Source: Phoronis australis
Lineage: Eukaryota > Animalia > Phoronida
Direction of reading: 5' to 3'
NCBI GenBank assembly: GCA_002633005.1
Contig: NMRA01000305.1
Coordinates: 212,772 to 276,771 of the forward strand
Length of the DNA: 64,000 nt
Positions 36,901 through 48,900 of this stretch are shown piece by piece (the first letter of the stretch is position 1; each line of letters starts with the position of its first letter). The notes under the pieces were generated by a model that worked only from the letters and a program-made list of their open reading frames with translations, was not told the DNA's origin and did not search any database. A program made the translations under genes and the position numbers.

Positions 36901-39900
36901 TTTTGTGTCTTTTCACAAAATGTAACCAACATTTTAAAAATAGAAAATTCCAAGTTATGCAATTATTTATGCACTAAATAGAAGAGAAATTGCTGTAACA
37001 GTATTTTTTATTATCGTTATCCTTGCATAAATTTTAATCAGTATTATTTGCAATTCTTTAGAAAGGCGTTTAGTGTGTGCTTGTTTCAACGGTGCAATAG
37101 TTTCTGATTGGTTTCATCCTAGTAAAAATAGTCTGTCGTGTGATTTGTTTACAGTGACCTTGGTACAGCGGTTCTTGGTTCTCCAGATATTTGTCCCCAA
37201 AGGTCAAGACGTTACCATAGAGATTGGGTGAGTCACACCAAGGTGTTGTTGTGGTTGGAGGCAGTAGGGGGATATAGCGTGCCCACATTTTGAGAACCAG
37301 TTTGGTGCACTTTAACTGAGTGGAGAAAACTGGTTCTCAAAATGCCGGCAGGTAATATCTGTCTGTTACTGTGATTGGATGTAGGCATGTCAGATTGATT
37401 TCACAAAAAAATTGGATTCTAGATATTAATTTTTAGAAAGTTTATCTTATTTCCGTGATTGGTGAATAGACTCGATGGTTCTAAACGACATGCATTGTAA
37501 GTGAATGTTATTAGCCTCGGTTGCTATGCCGAGTAAGTATATTCACATCGCCAAATTTAAACTACATATTTTTTAAAGTTTACAACCACATTTCTTCGGT
37601 ACTTCTCGTGTAGTAGCCGTGTCACGTGGCTATAGAATAACTTTTTAGGTTTTTACACTGGCACGTGGTAAGGTTATTGCACGTGTGTATCAAGACGTAT
37701 ATGGTATACAATATCTTATGACATTGGCTGGATTGCGAGAAAACTAATACTAAGACTTTTATTAAATCTTATTCAAGTGTTGTTTACAACTGGTCACATG
37801 ACATCATGTCTGTCTTCTTCCAGAGTCTCTGATCTTGGTAACAACAAGCGCCGCCTGGTGTTCTCCACAGCAGTGAAGGACATCAGCGTCACACCACTCC
37901 ATGGCAAGTTGCCACTGACTGTGCTCAAGAGGGCTGTAGTAAGTTATGAAGCGGCTATACACCCGACTTGCGTCCACTCCTTGTTGTGAAATTAGTCTCA
38001 TATTGTTCCTTGTTGAAATTAGATGTGAGCTCGGGCTTCAAAAAAAACTGGTAGCTGGTTATTGCTTGAAACCAGGTTTTACAAGATGGGTTTTCATATT
38101 ATTTTATCCATAGTCTTGAGGAATAGCAGCCCAGGAATTATTTCTTGTCTTTGTAAGGAACATATCGAGATGGATTTTACTGAGGTGAGTTGTCTTGATG
38201 AAAAGTTAACTTCAGTGACGGAACGTGGGTTTGTTGCCAGTTGCCACTTTAACAGATTTATACTTGCATCATGCATGAAATGTGTGCCAATTACTTACAA
38301 TTAAATTATTTTGTTGATTGAAGCATCTGTGAACAATTTTGTGGTGAAAAACACACCTGAAGTCAATCACCAGTCGTTTCATTATGAGGTTTATTACCAT
38401 TCGGCAATATGTTAGTTCGCTGATGTCGAGATGTGACAGTTTGTTGTTACATTTTACATTGCACAGGAGACAGTGGGGTTATCGGCCATTGAAACCTTAA
38501 TTGGTTATGCTGAGGTTCACAGAGTTAAAAAAGGCATCATAGAAATTGTGATTAATTTCTGTTTTTTTGTGTTTTGAGAAATGTTATTCAAGATTGTAAA
38601 ATACGGCGACATCAAGGAGTGTGGAAGGATTTTTCAGTGAAGTTGTACGTCAAAAAATAAATGGTGTTTAAAATTAGGTGTGATAATTATATGTAAATCC
38701 AGATTCTATTTCATTGCTAAATTGTTGTAAATATGATCCTGATAATGTCTGATGAATAGACGAAACGTTGATTTAACATGAACTTTTGTATGTGTGCGGC
38801 GATCGTCCGGTTTTTAATCTTACTGTGGTCAAAAACTGATTTAAATATTTCATTGCATTGTTGAAAAATGGAGTTTGGTACCCAACGAATTAGCATTCAC
38901 CTGTTCTTTGAGTATTGAGAACAAAAACACCTATCTGTTGAGATGTTTAAATACACATGTCTATATCTTTAGCGCTGTTTCTACGATATCATTATTTTCT
39001 CATTTCACAGTGGCTCAATTTGGCTATTGACATGGTTTCCATGGTAGCGGAAGGTTGGAAGGGAAACACCTTCAGATCTATAGACAGTCTGTCGGTGTCA
39101 GCTAATTGTAAGATACGTAAGGTGTTCACCATGAAGGTACAGCCCAGTGATACTACTGATGATGATGGTAAGTGTTCACTATGAAGGTACAGCCCAGTGA
39201 TACTACTGATGATGATGGTAAGTGTTCACTATGAAGGTACAGCCCAGTGATACTACTGATGATGATGGTAAGTGTTCACTATGAAGGTACAGCCCAGTGA
39301 TACTACTGATGATGATGGTAAGTGTTCACTATGAAGGTACAGCCCAGTGATACTACTGATGATGATGGTAAGTGTTCACTATGAAGGTACAGCCCAGTGA
39401 TACTACTGATGATGATGGTAAGTGTTCACTATGAAGGTACAGCCCAGTGATACTACTGATGATGATGGTAAGTGTTCACTATGAAGGTACAGCCCAGTGA
39501 TACTACTGATGATGATGGTAAGTGTTCACTATGAAGGTACAGCCCAGTGATACTACTGATGATGATGGTAAGTGTTCACTATGAAGGTACAGCCCAGTGA
39601 TACTACTGATGATGATGGTAAGTGTTCACTATGAAGGTACAGCCCAGTGATACTACTGATGATGATGGTAAGTGTTCACTATGAAGGTACAGCCCAGTGA
39701 TACTACTGATGATGATGGTAAGTGTTCACTATGAAGGTACAGCCCAGTGATACTACTGATGATGATGGTAAGTGTTCACTATGAAGGTACAGCCCAGTGA
39801 TACTACTGATGATGATGGTAAGTGTTCACTATGAAGGTACAGCCCAGTGATACTACAAATTTGGTGAAATATACCTTGCGATAGATTTCCTTGAGGTGTG

Positions 39901-42900
39901 TCATCAGGATGAAAGGGATTATAGACCATTCCATTCGCTCACTGCGGTAGTTATCTCCCATTTCACTAGTGCCAAACACCATTGGGATACATGATGTTCT
40001 CAGCACCTCAATGGAGAAAAATCGGGTAATCACTAAATGGCAATTTAAAATGGCAGCCTCCTTTGAATGGGGTGTAGCTAGGTTTATGGACCCTCCTTCT
40101 AACACAAAAATCATCTTTTGATTTAGACCACGTACCGTTGTGGAATTGCTCTCAAATTGTACCTTGGTCAAATTGAGGATGATTTCAAGGCTGCGAAAGA
40201 AATGAGTTTGCTATTGTTTGTCACAGCGTGTCATTTTATGCGCCGAGCGCGGTCTCGACAAAGAATGAACTGACAGTTCTTAGCAAACCCAGGAATCCCT
40301 TGTCATCTCAGTAAGGAACAAGTTGAGACCACTTTTATGGTGCCAAGTGGTCAAAGTGAAATGCTCACTTCTTGCACATATCAGCGGTTTATGGCCATTT
40401 TAATTGCTGCACGTTACAATGTTACACAAATACATATATTGTAAGCAATATGTATGTAGCTGTCAGAGTGTACTGTAATGGAATTTGTTAAGACGTTGAG
40501 CCAGTATTGGACCATCCAAGTGGCTCCCTCTTTATCTGACTTGGAATTTGATTCCTAAATGCTGCTCATTGAATGGAACTTAGTTGTTTTGTATTTACGC
40601 ATAGCCGTTGATTTCTGATAAGTCATCTGTTTTTGGTATTCCAGTCCTGTACGATGTCATTTCCAACTCGGGTGAGGTGGATGCTATTCCAAGGCAATGC
40701 CAGATGTCACATGACGTCCAACAATCCAATCAGGTGCTCACAATGACAAAGCTCAAGCATGTGGAATACAGACTGAAAGGTGGGGAGCCTCCATCCAGGG
40801 CCACATCAGCCAATGAAATAGGTAATTAGAGTCAAGCGTGGATAAAAATGCTTGAAACGATTCAACGTGCAAATCGTGCCGCCCATGAACTCCAACTTAG
40901 GCATAGTGCAGTTCTGTAATGCTTGCCTTAGTTCAGAACTTGACAACAAGAAGTTAGATTGGCTACTAAAATACAGTCGTGTCCCAAGGTAATAGTTGCA
41001 CTAGTTATGAACCCGTTGAAGTAGTGTTATACTCCACACTCCTGCGCACACATTTTGTGGAAAAGGTTATAGAGAGATGCGAGTGCAGCGTTATGCTATT
41101 TCTTGCCTAACATCCATGTTTTCTTTCATTTTAGACTTAAACTCTAGTGGTCGCCGATCAAACAACGAATCTTTTCACATCGCCTTTGGTTCAAAGGTGG
41201 CAGCACCTCCTCCTGCTACCGCATCACGTAAGCTGACATCTGGACGAGAGGTAATATTATCTGGTTGATGTGTCTTGCTGTCATAGGAATTTCACTTGTG
41301 TATGAGCTGTGTAACAACGTAATAGTCTGTTGTCATGTACCTCTATTAAAGCGAGATGTATAAATGGCTAAGAAGTCAAGTTGAAATGGAAAGGGTACGC
41401 TAGATTATATCCTGGAGAACAACTAGTGAACTCTATTGGATCTATATTGTAATGATCATAACTTGTCGTGTTGAAAGATGCAAATTCATTATATTTCAGA
41501 CAAATCACAGAATTATTTTATGCCATAGATTGTATTATGTATTATCCCATATAATCTGTGAAAATATGAGTATTGTATACATCACGTTATTAACTGTGAA
41601 ATACGGGAAAGTAGAGCCAATCCGTAGACAGCAGTAGAAGCTGTATACCATGGTACGTATTTCACGGTTGGTATGCAGTCTCCTGGTGTCACATATTATA
41701 TGGCCTTAATTCTTAACCATTTTGATGTTGTGTATGTTGCCAAAAAATTTAATTTATTAAGCAAGTGATTTTAAACACTGGCTTTTGCGAATTCTAGCTT
41801 TCCTCTAGTTCTCTTAGACACAAGTGTGACAGTCACTGTATAATCAGTTTATGGGGTCTCGGTGTCCTGGATTTTGAGACATTTGATTCACTATTGTTCA
41901 GCACTATTTGGTTTCATTACATCTAGTGTCTGTATCTGAATCGGTTAATTTTACAGGGTAGTAGAACGAGCCGGTCTTCGCACTCTAGGTCAAAGCTTAT
42001 GGAGGGTAAGTGATGCTTGGTCATTTCTATTGTATCAAAGTTCAAGGCTCATAATCTAATCTGTAGAACAAGTCCACAGTGACAACTTCGAGTACGTTTT
42101 TGTGACGGCAAATCTAGCCACTGTTTATGGTGAAATCTCAGCAATTTTTGGACAGAAATAATTGCCAAAATTGGTCTTTTTCGTTTTAAAGGCCCCTAAC
42201 ATTGTAGTAAATACCCACAATTTCCCTAAACGTTGTTTGGCGGACGTATACTAGATTTTGCTACTTTTATGGGCAAAATAATGAAAAAATTCACTTGTCT
42301 TAAAATCAGTTGATTAAGATTGGTTTTGTGAATTCTGTTTTGTTATGGTAGTTGTTTAAATTTAGGAATGCTAACTTGCCGTGTGTAAAAAAATCCTACA
42401 AAAATCAGTGAATAAAGTAGGCGGAGTAAAGGCATTCCGGGAAGATAGCCAAAAAGTGAAGAAGGTAACATTTTTCATGAAAATTTTGTCTGTATAAATA
42501 TAATTATTGTGGATTCAAAATTCAGTCTTTTGGGATCATTCTAAAAAAATTTATTGGACAGGTGTTCTTCCATCGGCAAGTTACGACCACATGAGCTAAA
42601 TTTCAATTCAATTATTCACTGCATCTTCACTTGAGGGCAAAAAATATGCAGAGATTTCTGGATTGACTGGTGCTACTTTATCTGTTCATGAGAATTAAAT
42701 ATTCTTTTTCCAACCTTAGATGGAGCTGCTAGCAGTCACTACCCTCCAGACACTCTCGTCGTTGAACATTCCACGTCGTATACCACCAGGAGGCAGCGAT
42801 TACCGTCAGACCCAGGTAGTATTGTGGAGGACCCAGAGACCTCTGTTGACAAAGGTGAGAAGCAGCTGTCAGATGATGTGTTCCCAAAAATATTATCTTA

Positions 42901-45900
42901 GAATAGTCACAAATTGGTTTTTGTCTAGCATGATGACCGTTGTCGATGTATTTTAAGTGTTGGTTATAATTATAATAATTGTATAATAGCATGCATTTAG
43001 TTTCTGATGAATAATATCATGTATCTTAACAGCAAAAATAAAATCTCTATTAAAATTGCACAGTTATTTTGTCTTTTTCCCATTAATGAAATTCCGGTCT
43101 ATTGAAACTCCACAACTTCCCTTGCCTTTCCTCTTCACCAGTAGGGACATCAGAGTTACGGATAGTTGTAGGGATTGAACACCAGATGGCACAATTGATT
43201 AGCATTCTTGATTATATATGTGCTGCATTTCACTACTCCATGACAATGATGTTAACTTTGCTTTTGTAGTGAGAGGGGTGTGCATCTTTGTACTAGATTA
43301 ATCCACCTGTTTTGAGAGGAGTTGTAATGGGTGCTTAAACCTGGGAGTTGTGCTTTCCTTCTCACCGAAACTCCGCAAAACAAGCGAGTTATGGTGTTGG
43401 TGTCAGAATGTAACGTGGTCGTCATTCCGTGATTGTCAGTATGTCATCTTTACGTTTGTCTGTCACGTGTTGACGTTGATGATGTCATTGCAGCCAGCCT
43501 CACGGGCAGTCACACATGGAACTCTCCAATTGATAGAAATGACGAGACCCCGTTCAAGAAGCCTCACCCTCCCCGCGAACCGTCGACGGATAGGGCTCGT
43601 AGGAAAATACGAGTCAAGAGTGGGAGTAAAGAGAGAACGCCGCATACAAGCGAGAGTAGTGGTAAGGCGTTAGTACATTGTCTGGGATGGCAGAGCTATT
43701 GAAGATGGAACTTATTAAAGAGGAAAATAGTTTTTTTTTGATGTCACTTGAAGTCAAAGTACAGATCCCTTCTACAATCCAGTGAACAATGGAAAGTGAC
43801 GTAAATGGACCAGTGCAGGGTCAGCATCTTTGTTCTGCATTCACGTCCATTGAGTAAAACAAGAATGACATGCACAGATTGTGTTCAGTGTTTAGCATGT
43901 TTACTCTACAGGTAATGCAGAACCAAGATGCAGGATTTTTGCTGGGGCTCTCATGTCATGTTCTATTGTTGCCATGATAGTGAATGCATGCCTGGGAAAC
44001 TGGAATATATTAACACTAGAAATGTCTCCACGATAACCAGGGACCTGCATTTTTATTAAACGTAACATCAAAAATGTTTGCATTCCACTTTATAGATTGA
44101 TTATTCATTCTGTTTCACGTAATGATTTGTCTTGAGAAGATGCTAGTTTTTACCAAAGTTAATACTAGTTTTTATTAACAGTTATTTCATACTAGTTTTT
44201 AGTGGTGGTTACACTAGTTTTTACTAAACAGTAATTGCACTGGTCGATGACGAAGCCAGAGCGTGTACAGGACCGAGGGAGAGGGAACGATGGAGTGGAG
44301 GAGAGAGAGAGACAGGGATTGATGGAGCGGGATAAATGGACAGATGGAAGAAGGAAGTGACAGAAGTAGGAATAGAAGGGTAGATTGTGNNNNNNNNNNN
44401 NNNNNNNNNNNNNNNNNNNNNNNNNNNNNNNNNNNNNNNNNNNNNNNNNNNNNNNNNNNNNNNNNNNNNNNNNNNNNNNNNNNNNNNNNNNNNNNNNNNN
44501 NNNNNNNNNNNNNNNNNNNNNNNNNNNNNNNNNNNNNNNNNNNNNNNNNNNNNNNNNNNNNAATTTATTGGTGTTCTTCCATCGGCAGGTTACGACCACA
44601 TGTCATTGAGCTAAATTTCAATTCAGTTACTCACTGCATCTTCACTTGAGGGCAAAAAATATGCAGAGCTTTCTGGATTGACTCGTGCTACTTTATCTGC
44701 TCATGAGAATGAAATATTCTTCATCCAACCTTAGATGGAGCTGCTAGCGGTCACTACCCTCCAGACACTCTCGTCGTTGAACATTCCACATCGTATGCCA
44801 CCAGGAGGCAGCGATTACCGTCAGACCCAGGTAGTATTGTGGAGGACCCAGAGACCTCTGTTGACAAAGGTGAGAAGCAGCTGTCAGATGATGTGTTCCC
44901 AGAAATATTATCTTAGAATAGTCATAAATTGGTTTTTGACTAGCATGATGACGGTTGTCGATGTATTTTAAGTGTCGGTTATATTTATAATAATAGTGTA
45001 ATAGCATGCATTTAGTTTTTGATGAATAATATCATGTATCTTAACAGCAAAAATAAGTCTCTAAATAAAATTACACAGTTATTTTGTCTTTTTCCCATTA
45101 ATGAAATTCCGGTCTATTGAAACTCCACAACTTCCCTTGTCTTTCCTTTTCACCAATAGGGACATCAGAGTTACGGATGGTTGTAGGGATTGAACACCAG
45201 ATGGCACAATTGATTAGCATTCTTGATTATATATGTGCTGCATTTCACTACCCCATAACAATGATGTTAACTTTGCTTTTGTAGTGAGAGGGGTTGTGCA
45301 TCTTTGTACTAGATTAATCCACCTGTTTTGAGAGGAGTTGCAATGGGTGCTTAAACCTGGGAATTGTGCTTTCCCTCTCACCGAAACTCCGCAAAACAAG
45401 GGAGTTATGGTGTTGGTGGCAAAGCGATATTTAAGGCTTTGTGCTTGTATTCAGGCAGCAGAATGTATCGTGGTCGTCATTCCGTGATTGTCAGTATGTC
45501 ATCTTTACGTTTGTCTGTCACGTGTTGACGTTGAGCTGATGATGTCATTGCAGCCAGCCTCACGGGCAGTCACACATGGAACTCTCCAATTGATAGAAAT
45601 GACGAGACCCCGTTCAAGAAGCCTCACCCTCCCCGCGAACCGTCGACGGATAGGGCTCGTAGGAAAATACGAGTCAAAAGTGGGAGTAAAGAGAGAACGC
45701 CGCATTCAAGTGAGAGTAGTGGTAAGGGGTTAGTACATTGTATTGGATGGTAGAGCTATTGCAGATGGAACTTATTAAAGAGGAAAATAGTTTTTTTGAT
45801 GTCACTTGAAGTCAAAGTACAGATCCCTTCTACAATCCAGTGAACAATGGAAAGTGACGTAAATGGACCAGTGCAGGGTCAGCATCTTTGTTCTGTATTC

Positions 45901-48900
45901 ACGTCCATTGAGTAAAACATGAATGACATGCGCAGTTTGTGTTCAGTATTTAGCATGTTTGCTCTACAGGTAATGCAGAACCAAGATGCAGGATTTTTGC
46001 TGGGGCTCTCATGTCATGTTCTATTGTTCCCATGATAGTGAATGCATGCCTGGGAAACTGGAATATATTAACACTAGAAATGTCTCCACGATAACCAGGG
46101 ACCTGCATTTTTATTAAATGTAACATCAAAAATGTTTGCATTCCCCTTTATAGATTGATTATTCATTCTGTTTCACTTAATAATTTGTCTTGAGAAGATG
46201 CTAGTGTTTACCAAAGTTAATATTAGTTTTTATTAACAGTTATTTCATACTAGTTTTTACTGATGGTTACACTAGTTTTTACTAACGATAATACTAGTTT
46301 TTACTAAACAGTAATTGCACTGGTCCATGACGAAGCCAGAGCGTGTACAGGACCGAGGGAGAGGGAACGATGGAGTGGAGGAGAGAGAGAGACAGGGATT
46401 GATGGAGCGGGATAAATGGACAGATGGAAGAAGGAAGTGACAGAAGTAGGAATAGAAGGGTAGATTGTGGAAGGGGGAGGGGGAGATGGGTGTAAGAAGG
46501 GGGTAGGTAACTTATTGACTGATGAGGGAAAAGGAGCCCGTTTGCTGTATTTTATGACAAAGTGTGTTTCAATGGTTGATGCCTCAGTTAATTGTATTCC
46601 AGACAAACAGGGTGTTTCACCTATGGCGTCTCCCAGGAAGGAGGGCTTCTTCTCTCCACGACAGGGGATAGGCACCGACGCTGTATTCAACAGTACGGAG
46701 ATCACCAGTAGTCCTGAAGCAAAGCGTAGTTTACCAACAGAGGGGAGCGCGCACACTAATGGAAACGCATCTTTGGGTTAGTAGTCAGTCTTATTCTTAT
46801 ATACTTTGGACCACTCAGCTGTAACATAAATGAAAATTTATTTGTGTTTTTAATTCTGATGGAAAGTAATTTTTTTCCACCAAAGTTTCACAGAGCAGAT
46901 TATGAATTTGGAATACTGGCTTTATATAATTTGAAAACTGGCTAAATAAAATTGGGATGCATACCGTAAAGTCAAGACCCGTGTGAAGCACTTGTGGCAA
47001 AAAACGTCCTTTGTGGACCGGAAAGAGTGAGTTCTATCCCATTGATACACATTCAAACCTCAATCTGATAAATCCGTTCATTTTGCTAAGGGCAAGTCAC
47101 TTCCCTACCGTATTTGTGCAACACTCGACTTTCACTCACACGATTTTGTGTGGTCTTGTATTATCTGACTTTGTCACTAGTTTTCTCCTCTGCTTTTGAC
47201 CTATATTTTTCTGTTCATTGAAGCTTCCATAAGTTACCTTGGAATCATTTTATAGTAATTATGTATCATCATTCATAACTGTGATTCCTGTGTTTTAATT
47301 CAAACGATTGATTACTTTAAAATACACACAAACTGCAAGTTCTATTGAACCCGATTATCTCCCCTGTAGAGTCAGCAGGACAAGACGAGGCAGCAGATGA
47401 GTCAATATCTGACATTATTAATGCTGTGCGCAGTAAAATGAACCTGAATGACCCTAGGTCAAAGGTCACTGAATATGTGGATAGCGATGAGTAAGTACAC
47501 TCTGTAAATTATTTTATAAAATTTTAATAAGTAAAGCTGGTCTGATGTTGGGTGTGATCATAAGTCAGGGAGGAGGGGGCCTTCTACTATTGTGTAGTTG
47601 ATAGTGCTACTCTATTGGTATGCTATGAAATCTTAGTTTATTACAGATTTATTAAATTTTGGGCAAGTTAAAAGCATAATGATTGAAGAGCAAAGATATA
47701 ATCCTATAAGTTACAATCACAGATACAAGTTGCAAAATACAAAACTGCATCTAAATATCCCTTTCATTTCAGCTCTAGTACCATTTCAATTCTGGCTAAA
47801 TCTTGACAAAATCTTGACAGGTGGTCATTTCCCTAGCAATTCTGTTTGCAATAAAGAACTAGGGGCAATAACGTAGCGTTAAACTGGTCCTAAAGTTCTG
47901 CAAAAATGCTATTTTATTGCGACAAAAGTTCAATTAAACCACCAAATTACTCTGGCCTGAAGCTCGTTCAAATATGGCACAGTCTTGATTGAGTTTTGGG
48001 AAGTTTGTTTTGTTCATTTTGAAAACTAAAAATGTACATTTTTGTCATGTTTTTAGAGAGTTACAAGACCGTCATGATGAGAGCGATGAATTGTACATAT
48101 TCAAGTCTAAGCCCACTGTAGCCCCGCGAAGGGTACACTCCCCCGTACCCGGGGAGAAGGACACCAAGGTGGGTCACCTGATGCGAGGCTGTCTATATAG
48201 TACATAGTGTGCCTCATTTCAAACTTACTCGTGTGTGTATTGTTTGGGATTTATTTGAGGGATGTTGTTGATTTCTGATTCACATCGGCGTCATATTTTA
48301 ATCATTCTCGTTTTCGAAAATTTATTTATCGGCCAAAATCAAACATTATTCAATAATGCTGTCTGAATCCAACGTTTCACAAGTAATCGTAACAGTATTT
48401 GATGCATTATTTGTCCAATTCAGGGTTTAAGGAAGAGTCAGGTTGGTAAAAGCCAGCATTTATCATCGAAAAGTGACCTGCGTCTATCACGTCCTTCTCG
48501 AGGGGCTAAGCCTGACAGTGACTTCATCCATAACGATGACAGCAGTGACGACGAGACTGGTGATATGAGAAAGAAGCTGCTACGGAACACGCCCAGCCCT
48601 CGACCACCTGGCACCCCTCGTAGTGGATCGTCCCCCATTCCAAGACCACCTGGCACCCCTCGCAGTGCAACGTCCAGTCCGTCCAATAGTGCTGGTTCGC
48701 ATGGACTGCGTCGATTACGATACAAACACGACTCCGGTGACGTGAAGACGTCAGAAACTGCCAGAACTTCGTACGAGTCTAGTGTTAATTTAAAGGATTC
48801 AGGAGTTGGACCGAGTCTTAGTGTTAAAAACAATGTTCCTGTGATTAAGAGCTCCGACAGTGAGCCGTCTTTGAGTCGACAGAACAGTGCTAAGCCCAGG

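Noticed and set aside
39160-39820. Tandem box C/D snoRNA array (ATGATGA...CTGA in every unit)
   Set aside because: The motifs arise from ACT GAT GAT GAT (Thr-Asp-Asp-Asp) codons of the exon. The C-to-D span is only ~50 nt and there is no terminal stem.
39122-39856. CRISPR-like regular repeat array
   Set aside because: Units are contiguous and identical with no unique spacers, there are no cas genes, the context is eukaryotic, and the unit is a copy of a coding exon end.
44230-44389. Purine-rich stretch (also at 46310-46500) as an extra CFAP20DC exon
   Set aside because: Stop codons occur in all frames downstream of the nearest acceptor, and the gene model is complete without it.
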